A stretch of DNA of 64,000 nt from Octopus sinensis (lineage: Eukaryota), in NCBI RefSeq assembly GCF_006345805.1, contig NC_042998.1:130014001-130078000 (forward strand). Direction: 5' to 3'. The position numbers and the translations under genes were made by a program. Of the stretch, positions 25,536 through 38,976 are shown in pieces (positions within the stretch are counted from its first letter, which is position 1; the number at the start of each line of letters is the position of its first letter). Under the pieces are notes generated by a model. It saw only the letters and a program-made list of their open reading frames with translations. It did not search any database and was not told the DNA's origin.

Positions 25536-28500
25536 CTTTAATAATAATTACGTTTGTGTGTTAACAATAAATAATGACATAAAGAAGCGAACAAACGACT
25601 GATTAAATAAATAGATAACTTCAAAAATAGGATAACTATAATGAATGGATAATGATATTATTTAAATACTACCACAGATCCTATTCCCAAACACGTTTTC
25701 AATGGCACTTAGAGGTATGTAGCTGTATGTAAATATTGCTCGCTATGTGCTTATGCATGTGCATATGTACATAATTATATTTCATACACGTATACACATG
25801 CATTTGTGTATGTATGCATCTATACAATGCATTTGTGCATTCAAATACATGTATATACTTGAATGCATGCATGTATACATGTATGTGTGAATATATACAT
25901 ACACATACAAACACGCACACACATATGCATACGCAAGCTTGCCTATTTCTTTATGCACATATCTGTATCTATTTATATCTATCTGTCTATACATATATTT
26001 GTACTTGTGTATATGATTGTATGTATGTATGTATGTTTGTATGTATATGTGTATGTATGTAGTTACGTACATATATATATATATATATATATATAAATGT
26101 TAGATAGTTAGATATAGATTGATAGATACATACATCATACAAGGTATGTATGCTTGTGTGTATTTGTGCATGTGTATATCAATATATATGTATATATCCG
26201 AATGCAAATCAAAGGAAACTCATGCTCCTCCGCTGTATACTCACTGATCTTTTGCCAACTCCCATTAAATTAAATATCTAGTGCGAACAGGAAGACACAC
26301 ATTGAAAGCTGTGCGAACTGTTTTGCAATCTCTAAATCAATTGAACTGTACAGAGTTAACGCACACAAGCAGTAACCATCACAAAAAGCAAAACAAACAT
26401 CTGTGTGCTCCGCGTTAGTTTTTTTAGTTTGTATCAAGCCTCTCTCTGAGATATGAGAGTGGCTCTGGAAAGGCTGAATTCTTTAAGAAGTCATTCCTTT
26501 TTTTTAAAATAGCAAATGTGAACTTTTTGAGCATTTGTTTCTCTCTTGCAGGTCGAAGAAAACGTAGATGTTTTGTCAGTTGTTATTGTTTGCATTCAGC
26601 TTAATCCTACACCATCAAATATTTGGTATGACGCGTTTTTGTCGTGAGAATCTTACCATGTGTATCATAAAATATCTTGTTCACTATGCGCTCTGTTTTT
26701 CACAAGCTGTACTTCGATGGCAATTTGGTTCATATTTACAGTATATCCATTGGTTGCACAGAAAAAAGTGTTGCCTTTCTATGGCTGTTTGTTATAACTA
26801 GAATATCACCAGGAAGCATGATAAAAAGCATCGTAGCCGTAATTATCACGTCACCTTCCAGGCTCAGAGATATCTTTTCTAAGCAGTCAATTATATTTTA
26901 AGGGAATGACCTCTAGTTCAAGTTTAATGGAACCTATATGCTGATATTGAAATATGACTTACAGGAAATTGAAATTGTATAGTGAAACTTACAAAATTGG
27001 AAAGTTTGGTCTCCTTGTACTCGTAATTACGCTGTATTCTCCCTTTGTCTTCCTACCTTCCATGGATGCAGCGCCACGACCACCCATTTATTTATTTTAG
27101 CTGTGGATGCGATATCGCCTTTTCCTATAGAATTAAGGTGTGTCTCACTATCAGCAACTCGAATAGTAACTCGGAATTTCTGTCTCGTTATTAGTGCGCT
27201 ATAGACTTTTACACTATATTGAGAACTTATATTCTTTTGACAGTGTTAAATTTGGTGCGCTTTGTTTCCAGCAGTCATAGTCACCAGGCAAGCCTAGTGA
27301 GAGAGACGATTTAGCCACTGACAATCTTATCATGAAATATGTCGTACCACATTACATGTTGCACGTTCTACATGCACACTCTACAACTCATCCATCTGAG
27401 TGTATATATATATATATATATATATATAAGGCTGAACCGAACTATTGTAAACGATACGTTCGAAAAGATATAAATGACAAATGATGAAAGAAAGAGATAG
27501 AGACAAATTTGGAACGGCTTATGTTGAGACCATGAAAACATTTGAAAAAAAAAACAACTTGAAACTGAAATGTATGCATTGAGAAACAAAGAGAAGTTTG
27601 TGAAAATGGACATAAGGATATATTTAAAGGGTAAACTGAAGTAAAATTAAAGGGTGACCTGGAATCTAATGCGATGTTTTGGTCGAATGTGTGTTGGACA
27701 AGAAGTGTCTGGCCCAGGGTTGGTAATATATGTGGTGGACGACAGAGCTTGCAGCATAGAATGGAGGCGACATCAAATACACTGTATATGTACAGTTTCA
27801 TGTATATATATATATATAAATACTTTTACATATGCATATAAAGAAACTGACAGTTGCATTAATTTACATGCATGATATTTGTGTGTTTTCGTAGAGTAGA
27901 AACTGTAGGAGAAATTAAATGAGATATTATATGTGTATGTGCCTATCATGCATAACACGATTTATATTTTCAAACTCATATAATACTTGCTTATGTACAA
28001 AATCTGCCATAAAGCCACATATACTCACAAAAATACCTACCCACCTCCACACTCTAACTAACGTATCTGTATGAAATCGTATTTATTCGGTACACAATAC
28101 ATCAAAAGAAATGCTTCTATTACGATAACAATAATCATTGTTATTTTCTCTTTCTCCGCTATTGAACTTGCTATTATCTTTTACAATTATCATCATTATA
28201 ATGATAATTGAGTAGATGGCGGTTCTAGCAGAATATCACTATGAAATGCCTTGAGAGAGTTCGTTCTAGCTCTTTATGTTCAAATCCGACCGCATACGAA
28301 TATTCTTGTCATCATTTCAGTTTCGATAAAATTAATTACACCAAAATAATACAGCTGATTCGAACGCAATACTTCTCTTCCTGAAAATGGGAGACTTAGT
28401 ATGTTAGTAGTCATTTCGGTAAGAATAATACTGAGCTTAGTAGGAGAGAATCGGAAGAGTGGTGACAAAATATCTGACACTATTTAATTATATAATTTCA

Positions 28501-28550
28501 AATCTTGCTGAAGTCGATTTTAACTTTCAATGTTGTGGCATCGATAAAAT

Positions 28551-29129
28551 CTTTTCTACTCTAGGTACAAGGCCCGAAATGTTAGGGGAAAGAGTCAGTC
28601 AATTAGATCGACCCCAAAACGCAACTGGTACTTAGTATATCAACCCCAAAAGGATGAAAGGCAAAGTCGACTTTGGCAGAATTTGAACTCAGGACGTAAG
28701 TACAGATGAAATACATATTTATTTACTGCCCACAAGGGGCTACACACAGAGAGGACAAACAAGGACATACTAACGGATTAAGTCGATTATATCGACCCTA
28801 GTGCGTAACTGGTACTTATTTATTGACCCCGAACGGATGAAAGGCAAAGTCGACCTCGGCGGAATTTGAACTCAGAACGTAGCGGTAGCCGAAATACCTA
28901 TTTCTTTACTACCCACACGGCGCTAAACACAGAGGAGACAAACAAGGAGAGACAAAGGGATTAAGTCGATTACATTGACCTCAGTACGTTACTAGTACTT
29001 AATTTATCGGCCCCGAAAGGATGGAAAGCAAAGTCAACCTCGGTGGAATTTGATCTCAGAACGTAACGGCAGACGAACTACGGCTACGCATTTCGCCCGG
29101 CGTACTAACGTTTCTGCCAGCTCGCTACT
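28551..29129 (-). mobile_element. Head-to-tail SINE trimer in one 18-bp TSD
   Basis: Three Deu/Nin-core units; TSD ttgtg(g/a)catcgataaaat at 28533-28550 and 29130-29147. Confidence 0.85.
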
Positions 29130-29524
29130 TTGTGACATCGATAAAATAGATTACCAATGTAAAGAAGAAGCTAAGTTCAGTCAAGTTTCACCTCACTCCT
29201 AATTAACTCTTGGTCATACGATACTCATATATTATGACTCAAAGAATAATATATGGTGCGCGGCAGAATCGATAGAGTACCGCACGAAAATGCTCTACGT
29301 GATTTAGGTGTGGGTCCTTACGTACTCAACGCAAACTCCACTGAGGGCAACTTCAAATTTCATTCTTCCAGGATGTATAAAATTACTGCCAGTTAATTTT
29401 AAGGAGTCGTGTTAGCGGACAGTTGGCCCCAGAAAAGTGCGGCGTTTTATATTTATGTTAGACATCATTACTGTAAATATAGTGAAGGGTAATGAAAATT
29501 ACATGTCACAGAAAACTAATTATT

Positions 29525-29725
29525 TCTCTCTACTATAGGTACATGGTCTGAAATTCTGGAGGATTACATCAACCCAACTGCTTAACTGGTACTTATTTCA
29601 TCTGGCCCTAAAGGGTGAAATGTAAAGTCGACCTCGACGGAATTTGAGCTCAGAACATAAATACGAACGAAGTGACACAAATCATTTTGTCCGGCATGCT
29701 AACGATTGTGTCAGCTCACTGCCTT
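29525..29725 (-). mobile_element. tRNA-derived SINE (older copy)
   Basis: aactggtacttatt...aaagtcgacctcgacggaatttgagctcagaac...catgctaacgatt. Confidence 0.75.
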
Positions 29726-30008
29726 GTCATAGAAAAGTAATTAAGAAGAAATAATAGCAGCTATAATTTATTTGGTAGTTCAATAGAAAAATAAAAGTAG
29801 CTTTTATCAGTTTGATACTGCAGTAGAATCTAGGAGTTACTACTTTGCAAAATATTTAATCGCGTTCTTTATGTTCGTGTATTAGTATGATATCTACATA
29901 TTTCACAAAATTTGCACAAGTATTCCCAAATCCTGATACAATGATAAAAATCTATTATTTCAATACATGTACGGATTTGTGCCAGTATTAGACTCCCAAG
30001 ATAATATA

Positions 30009-30213
30009 TTTTTCTTTATTACCCACAAGGGGCTAAACATAGAGGGGACAAAGTATTAAGTCGATTATATCGACCCCAGTGCGTAACTGGTACTTAATTT
30101 ATCGACCCCGAAAGAATGAAAGGCAAAGTCGACCTCGGCGGAATTTGAACTCAGAACGTAACGGCAGACGAAATACGGCTACGCATTTCGCCCGCCATGC
30201 AAACGTTTCTGCC
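30009..30213 (-). mobile_element. tRNA-derived SINE with 19-bp TSD
   Basis: TSD agactcccaagataatata at 29990-30008 and 30214-30232. Confidence 0.9.
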
Positions 30214-33200
30214 AGACTCCCAAGATAATATAGGTGATTAACATATCGTGCAGGTTATTCCAGTCAGACGCAGTCATCCCATCTGTTTCACACAAATATA
30301 TTCAATGTGTTCTTCCTGTTCTCCAACACCTGTGCGTGGTTTATCTGCTATTTCTGGCATGTCGAGTTACAATATATACGATATTCGTTAATCAAAATAT
30401 TGGGTGAGCTAATCTGCAAAATGTCAGGTCAAAATGCAATGCTTTATTACTTAAATCTATCTTTTTTCTGTCTAGTAATAGTCTCTGCGCGGTCAACGTT
30501 GCTTTTCACTCCCCCATTTTGACAGGATTATTTTTTTATCAGTTATAGTCTGCAGATGAGTCAGTTCTCTCCCCCATGTGCACTATAGCAGTTATAGACT
30601 TGGGCCATTGTAATAAATTTTCAACAACAACAATAGTTGTATGGTAATGATTATAATTGTTATTTTATTATTTGTATTCGCTTGTTTTTGTTCTTTACTC
30701 TATTATTATATTGTTGCTGTTCTTTTCCATTTGACAACGTATAATGGCAATATCTTGTTCATGGAAATTACTCATGGAATGAATAACTTTGCTTTATATT
30801 ATGGCTATTGATTTTATCTGAATTGCAGCTGGCTGACTATAGAGACATTTGTCGTTTGTTGTCATGAACGTCACAACATACATTTGCATTCCTCTACACA
30901 TGGAATGGTGAGTGCATAATTTATAAAAGAAATCAATATTGTTCCATATTGTACAGTATCACACAGGGCTAAATCGATACATCACCGAACACTGAGTTCG
31001 AATTATGGTCCCAAAGCGTGCCAACTAGAAGAGAGTCCCATTATATATATTAGCGATATTTAGAGTTTATTCAGTAGAGTAACTCTTTTATGTACCACTG
31101 AACATTTTGTCTTCGTATATAGATTATTGTCTTGGATTTATTGGAATGTCTATTCCACGTCTACAAACCCTGTAAGTTCAGTTTTCGGTATTTTCTGTTT
31201 ACTCTTTCAGTACTTCTAGTAATTAGAAAGTTGAATTATGTGATTAGGATCTGTATCACAACCACACTACACACTACGATAGAAGTAACGATACACAAAT
31301 GTGTGTATTGCCAAATCAAGTCTTGGACAGGCTGTCGGCTCCATTATTGTCATGTCAGCATAATGTCTATACAGCCAATTGTATATAAGTAATACGAATA
31401 GTAAAATATCAACTCGTGCAATTGTAATATATTTGACATGGAAAGATTTGCATGGGGATCGATCCTTCAGGTGATTTCTATTTCGTGAACCAAACTTCAT
31501 CATTTAGGGTGGTTGCCTCAGTCCACTTTCAAACTTACTTTGATATTATATGTGGTTTCATTCAATATTTCATAGTTATATTGACCAGTTTCTTACAATT
31601 CCGATATTAGAGAGAAACAAGTCAATGCCAGAAGATTCTGGGATCAACCATCTCAGCAACAAGTATTTCGTAAGTGTAAGTTTAGATTTTACATACTAAG
31701 ATTGTAGAAGATAAAAAAATGTCATTCAATTACATGAATTTTTAGTCCTCATAATTTCTTCGTCTACTCGATAGCAACCGCTGACTTTATATATCACACT
31801 TATTAGTTTATGTCAGAATTTGGTTTTTCCTCACCGACTCAGTTCAACAAAAGTTTCCTTGCGTTCCAGATTTTATGTTTCCTAATTAATTGATATCATT
31901 ATTGTTTTTGTTAGCTCTATGTTGCAACAAAATAAAAGGGAGTCTATTTTACAGTCAGTCTTTTACTTTGATATAAATAAAGCACTCGAAACAAATTTAA
32001 AGGTCAGAAATTTAGATTACCATAAAACTATAGATATATAGAAAGAGAGTGAATGTGAGAAAAATTGTGAGGCATTGTGGTCGGAAAACTCAAGCACCAG
32101 ATTAAATATCGAGGTTATTTGGGTTTTCTCTTCCAAATTTTTACGTCTTCAACTTGAATTTCATTCCTTCCAGACCAAAGCGCGACGGATAATTAAAAAA
32201 ACTGATTTTGTTTCAATGTGATAAATGCACATCGGATTTCAGTATGTGTGGATATCTGTAGGGAAAAAGCTCAGCATTTCAAGTCGTAACATTTATAATA
32301 CCAGGAAAGTTAAAATTACGGCGAATCTATTTGCAATTAAATTTGCAAGTACAATGACCAAATGGATAGCTATTAAATTACTAGCTCATAAAAGAATACT
32401 TCAAATCAAATTGGGCGAATCATTGTATTCCTAAACTGTATATTTTAATGTGTTGTTGAATTAACGCAGCTCTTGGGAAATGACTTTTGGAAATACTTGG
32501 CCAATTACAAACAATAGACTATACTCTACAGATTTTATTTGCGATTTTCTCTTCTTATATCTCTTAGCAACAAATCACCAGGTGTAGTGGTGTGTACCTT
32601 GTGCATCGGATTTCCATTGAGTCTGTGATTAAGATAACACTCAAATAACACGGGCCCACTGTCTGAAAATAATCACAACAAACTTGAAACAACATGTAAC
32701 TTAAAACAACAGTAATTTAATAATGGCAAATGTCTCGTTACCTTGCAGTGCTTGTTTCAAATCTTGAAATGAATTGCAGAGAAATGTGATGCACACAGTT
32801 CTATAGTACCTCAACTACGCTGAATCTAGGATTTGAAGTTTCTTTTCCGTTATAAGTAGTAAAGAGGATTTACTATAACTCTTACGCATAGTTATAGAAA
32901 CCAACAAACCAAAGTGCTAGGCTTTTGCATTCAATTAACCTGATGCAAATCGCAAGATTTCCCCTATATGTCAGGTGGCTATTTCCTTCTTCAATGTCAG
33001 ATAAAGAAAGATGCATCCGATATTGTTGTCTGTGATATGTTAATAGGTACGAACACAAGGGCTAGAACTCATTTCATAAGTAAAGCTCAGTAAGAATTGC
33101 CCTTGGATTAAACAACATAAACAACAGCTGTGCAAAGAAAGTATAAGCACTAAATTACATGACATAGTGTGTTTTCTAAAATCGTTCTTGGAATTCGTAG

Positions 33201-33304
33201 ACAATACAAGCGTGTATATTCTTGTTACTAAATTCCATGTAATTCCTTATCTAGGTGTCACATAATCGAAATAATGTTTGGTTATATCGTCCAAATATAA
33301 AAAG

Positions 33305-33556
33305 CAGCGAGCTGGCAGAAACGTTAGCACGCCGGGCGAAATGCGTAGTTGTATTTCGTCTGTCGTTACGTTCCGAGTTCAAATTCCGTCGAGGTCGACT
33401 TTGCCTTTTATCTTTTCGGGGTCGGTAAATTAAGTACCAGTTACGCATTGGGGTCGTGTAATCGACTTAATCCGTTTGCCTGTCCTTGTTTGTCTCCTTT
33501 GTGATTAGCCCTGTAGAAAAAAAAAAGAAATAAAGAAAGAGGATAGTAAAGAAATA
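33305..33556 (+). mobile_element. tRNA-derived SINE with 18-bp TSD
   Basis: TSD tatatcgt(c/t)caaatataa at 33283-33300 and 33557-33574. Confidence 0.88.
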
Positions 33557-34547
33557 TATATCGTTCAAATATAATGAACCATGTAATTTTGAATTTGTGT
33601 ATTGTTTTGTTTTACCTTTACCAACGATATTTCTGCAGTAACATCAGAAGGTGTCCGGCTCATAATTACAAGAACATTGGTTCGGTTCCTGACCTAGCAG
33701 CGGGTCTGTGTTGTAAGGGCAAAGCATTTTATTTTACGTAGCTTTTCTAAAGCCAGCTGTAATGTGTATCACCCAGTTACTAGTGCAGCCATTTTCTACT
33801 AGTTTCTTGGCGTTCGACAGGGTCACGAACAAGCGAGCCAAGAAGGTGTCTGTGTTTGCTCGAAACCACAGAGATACGTAAAACAGCAAAGCATTGCTCA
33901 TGTTACTGGCGGATGGTTATAGAGTGTACTTGTATTGTACTGTGACATGCCTATTATTTCAATAACTTAACGTTTTATGGGTAGAGATATTGATATAGAA
34001 TATATTAATTCATTGGACGAATATTCAAATATTGTGAAAGGGAATGAAACATGATTTTTTTCTTGTGGATAGCAAACATATGTAATATAATTTTGGTTAT
34101 ATTTGTCTGCAATAGAATATTTCCAAGGTGTAGTAGAACACTTTATAGCTTTGGGCTGAGTAATATAGCAAATATCTATGCTTATAAAGACTCTGTGTTT
34201 AATTCTATGCCTTAATGTAAATTAAAACCTATAGCTGAGCCACGATGTTATGCCATATACACATACATAGATACATGCATATATATACATAAATTCTGTG
34301 CCTATAATTTCGATGTGTGCAAAGCTTAATCCAGATACATTTTTTTTCTCCCAGTTTTTATTTTTTAAAATTAATCCGTCTGATTCTCTCCTCACTCCTT
34401 TCTGTAGAGAATGTAGACTCAAAGCGCCAAAGACTTTTCCATTTTCCCTGAGCTTCAACCTAATACACTTTGTTGGCCCCTCATCTATCTTCCTGTTATT
34501 GTTTGTTTTTTGTACACTTTTAAACTGTATATATATATCGGAGACTC

Positions 34548-34802
34548 GGAGACCCCCTTCGGTCACGACATAGACCATGGATTGCACCTAGAAAGTTACC
34601 CTCCTAGACACAAGTCCGGGCGAGGTTGTTTATGGAAGACCAGCAGTCGCCCATACATACCAGCCTCCCCTCTCCACGCCACCAGTATTATCCAAGGGAA
34701 AGACAAAGGTCGATACAGCTTGGCACCAGTGACGTCGCAACTCATTTCTACAGCTGAGTGAACTGAAGCAACGTGAAATAAAGTGCCTTGCTCAAGAACA
34801 CA
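34548..34802 (-). mobile_element. Second SINE family, head missing
   Basis: Colinear with 43730-43975 (ggattgcacctagaa...gccgatacagcttggcacc...gaaataaagtg.cttgctcaag). Confidence 0.75.
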
Positions 34803-34804
34803 TT

Positions 34805-34842
<38 letters not shown>

Positions 34843-34843
<1 letters not shown>

Positions 34844-35490
34844 TTTATTTAAAGCAGCAGAAAATTCAACAAAACCTGTTACTCTGAGTTTCCCGTTGCC
34901 GTTCATCGGACAGTTTTTGCTAGCAAAATCTGTCCGGCGGTGTATATTTCGTTTGCCACTGTTATTTATGACATCGTTCGTGCGTTTGTACTGGTTTTAG
35001 CTTTGGGGTTTTAGGGTTGGGGTGAGGGTGTTAGGATTAGGGTTAAGGTTTTAGGGTTATAGTTAGGGTTTCCGAAAATAGTAGCTGAAAAACAGGAAAA
35101 AAGAAAAAAACTAAAAGCAGTAGAAATGCACGAATGATTTTGGTGGTGACATGAAGTAAACATACTTCAGATACACTCGTTTATTCATCCGAACTTAAAT
35201 GGGATGAAATAAGTCATAAATAACAGTGACAAACGAAATATACACCGCCGGAAGTTGTTGTTGACAAGCAACAGCAGTAATTTTATTCCGTTGAATACAC
35301 GTCATTGATTGGTTGAAATTACCGAAATACGACAACTTTAACACGAAATAACTTTAAAAATAGAAACTTTTCTCAACAAAACTAAGAGTAAAAGATATTT
35401 TATATGATACATTCTACCAGTGTCCGAAGTTTGAAAGTGTTTAGTTACAAAAATTAATTTCTCGATCTGCCGTTGAAATGGAAAAGATCC
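34843..35490. mobile_element. Unclassified non-autonomous element with 39-bp internal inverted repeats enclosing degenerate TTAGGG-like repeats
   Basis: IR at 34934-34972 / 35213-35251 (1 mismatch); ttagggtt-type repeats at about 34995-35070. Outer limits approximate. Confidence 0.55.
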
Positions 35491-36314
35491 CGCACAATTC
35501 TTTATTTCATGCCATCTTCGTTGATAGAAATAGTAAATTAAGGGCTACTGCTTCATTCTTATAGCAGACCAATAACAAATATCAGATACCAAAAGAAACA
35601 AATACACAATACACCGAAAAAATTATTACATATAACCGTTAGAAGATATGGATGTACAGACGCCCAAATATACGTGGTCTGGCGCACGTAAACACGCTTT
35701 TATGAACTATATATGGTTGTTCCGGTGGCGGTAGCGGACTATTATTTCCCATTAGCCATATAATCACGCGTGCTTATGTGCACCACAGATTCATATGAGG
35801 TTCTCTCATCGTAAATAACGCAGTATTTTGCATTGTAGCACAATATCCACTTTTAAATCGGGGAAAATGTTACATTTTGTTATCAATACCACATCAACCG
35901 TTGTTAATCACACACACCCTCGTTTGGGTGATTCCTACTTTTGAGGTTCTGCTAGTTATGAAACATATGTAGCTTCGTATGTACATATATATGCTTTATG
36001 TCGTCTATGAAATCTGAGAAAGACGATTCCACAATTTCTTGCTGAACAACCTGTGCAGTTCATTGATTTATAATGAAATTTTTGCACCATACTTGAACTC
36101 ACTTCATTGAATCGACGTGGCCTGTATAGGTGCATGGTGTCTCACACGTCAGTTATCGAGGTGATAGAAAGTAACGTGAAATGTGAAATTATGTGTTTTA
36201 CTCAACAACGCAATGTACCATCCGGTCCGGGGTTCGAAACGTCAAGTTTGTGATCTTCGGTATTACACCCTAACGACTAGCCCATTCTTGTTCATTTAAA
36301 GGCATATATTTATT

Positions 36315-36955
36315 CTTTTCTACTATAGGCACTAGATCCGAAATTTTGGAGGAGGCGGGGCAGTCGAGTAGATCGACCGCTCCCCATGTACGCAACTGAT
36401 ACTTAATTTATCGACTTCGAAAGGATGAATGGCAAATCGACCTCGGCGGAATTTGATCTCAGAACCTAAAGACAGATGGAATACTTCTAAGTATTTCGCC
36501 CAGCGTGCTAACATTTCTCCCAGCTCGTCACCTTATTTACTTATTTCCCACAAGGGACTAAACACAGAGGGGATAAACAAGAACAAACAAAGGGATTAAG
36601 TCGATTACACCGACCACAGTGCATAACTGGTACTTAATTTTTCGACCCCGAAAGGTTGAAAGGCAAAGTTGACCTCAGCGGAATTTGAACTCAGGACGTA
36701 ACGAGAGACGAAATACCTATTTCAATTTCTTTACTACCCACAAGGGGCTAAACACAGAGAGGACAAACAAGGACAGACAAACGGATTAAGTTGATTAGAT
36801 CGACCCCAGTGCGTAACTGGTACTTAATTTATCAACCCCGAAAGGGATGAAAGGCAAAGTCGACCTCGGCGGAATTTGAACTCAGAGCGTAACGGCAGAC
36901 GAAATACGGCTACGCATTTCGCCCGGCGTGCTAACGTTTCTGCCAGCTCGCCAAC
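36315..36955 (-). mobile_element. Head-to-tail SINE trimer
   Basis: Three core units; possible TSD gc(a/c)tatatttatt at 36302-36314 and 36963-36975. Confidence 0.85.
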
Positions 36956-37601
36956 TTAAGATGCCTATATTTATTAGCGATGATGTTATGTACATACTTA
37001 CGGAGATTATTGACAAAATCTGCTAAATCATTATCGTATCATCGTAAAAAATATTTTGTACAATTTCAACTGATTCTTATACAGTACAGACAAAACAGAT
37101 TGGAGGTTTACGATATTCTGATTTCTTTTCAAAGCCCTCTTGAGTAAGACATATGGGAAAAACATATTAAAAAAGCAGCTTTGAAGAGAATCAAGAATAA
37201 AAACTAAGTATAGTGATTAGATTATGAGTGGAGAAACTTTTACGTGTTGCAACAAATACACTTCACTTAACTCGATAATAATCTCCAATGTTATGGACAA
37301 CATTAGTTCATGTTTTCAAACACTTTGAAATTAAATATAGATAATAATTAGTTTAGGGGAAATTTTTATTGCTAATTACAAAGGGTGAGGGGAAAAATCA
37401 ACAAATATTGTGTTCTTGTCATCTTAGATGTAAGTGCAAAAATTAGTGTTTGATTCTGTTTACTCTGGGGAATCTCACAACTATTATGGCTGACTTCTCA
37501 ATTACATACATAAAGGGTAGCAGAGAAAAATGAACGAGACACGTGAACGTGCAAACAGAGATACTTACGAAAACATATATATACATATACATGTACGTAT
37601 A

Positions 37602-37653
<52 letters not shown>

Positions 37654-37945
37654 ATATACATTTATCTATCTATCTATCTTCCTCTCTCTCTCCCTATATA
37701 TAAAAATATATATATGCACGCGCACATATGCCTATTCATCTACCTATATATATATATATATATATATATATGCATATCTCTCTCTCTATACACACACACA
37801 TACACATACTTATAAATTATGCTTGCATGTTTGTACACATGCATATATATCTACCTATATGCATATATATGTATATTATCACACACACACCTATATATAT
37901 ACACACACACACATATAAATTGTGCTTGAGTATCTGTACTTTGCA

Positions 37946-37996
<51 letters not shown>

Positions 37997-38263
37997 ATCT
38001 ATCTATCTATATCTATCTATCTATCTATCTATCTATATGTATGTATACGTACAATCATTCACGCATATTTTATCGGTTGAACTAGAGTTCTTCCATATTG
38101 GCGTGTCCATATATAGCTGTTATATTGGAAATATGATTTTTACATAAAGACATGTTACTGAGCAGACACACAAGGGTAATAATTAGAGTTAAGCTGATTA
38201 AATCAGGTATAACCTCATACGTGTACCGACCACGTTCTGTCCAATCCCTAACGACACCCAATG

Positions 38264-38300
<37 letters not shown>

Positions 38301-38304
<4 letters not shown>

Positions 38305-38567
38305 CAATTGAGGATAAAATCTTTAAAAGAAATTATCAGTAGTTAGCGTGAAAAGCCTCGTAAGAGAAAAAATCTGTAAATTTTTCCACTTTGAAAATAT
38401 TTATTTATATTATATTGAGGTTACTACTATTCGTAGATACCATACGCTAAGAGGGACCAATGCGGTCAAAACTACTAAAATAAACAAAATTTTACCGAAT
38501 ACAAAACTTCAAAGCAAATCATTTAAAAAAAGAATTTTAAATGATTTGCTTTGAAGTTTTGCATTCG
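38301..38567 (-). mobile_element. Partial second copy of element C with its own short fold-back
   Basis: 38301-38535 matches 20706-20910 and continues as the reverse complement of 21340-21300; 38535-38567 inverts 38496-38527; abuts (TA)n. Confidence 0.85.
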
Positions 38568-38976
38568 TTATTTTCCTTGATCTACCATCGCAAATCAGTC
38601 AACGCTGTTGACTGACTTCTTCATAAAGCTATTGCTTTATAAGTTTGTTCAAAGTTGCATCTCCTATGTATACCCTATAGAAAGAATAAAAAAAAACTTG
38701 AGAAAACTCGATGTCTGGGATTCCTGATAGATTGCGACACTGAACAAACGGAGTGTTTTCAACCTAAATTTTGCTTATGCCTGAAGACTGCTTGGCGCTA
38801 ACATTTCATTATATACATATAAATTGTTTTAGTGGGATCCTCAGTGAGAGACTTGCTCCGCTGATTTCGTATCAGAAGGGATATGGAAAGTATTACTTGA
38901 GGATTTCACGAACGAGCCACACGATGATATTCACTTCAATTTGCGCATTTGGTTGATGTATTTATTTTTGCTACTA

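Noticed and set aside
34995-35070. True telomere or chromosome fusion site
   Set aside because: Repeats are few, degenerate, in one orientation and enclosed by element-like inverted repeats.
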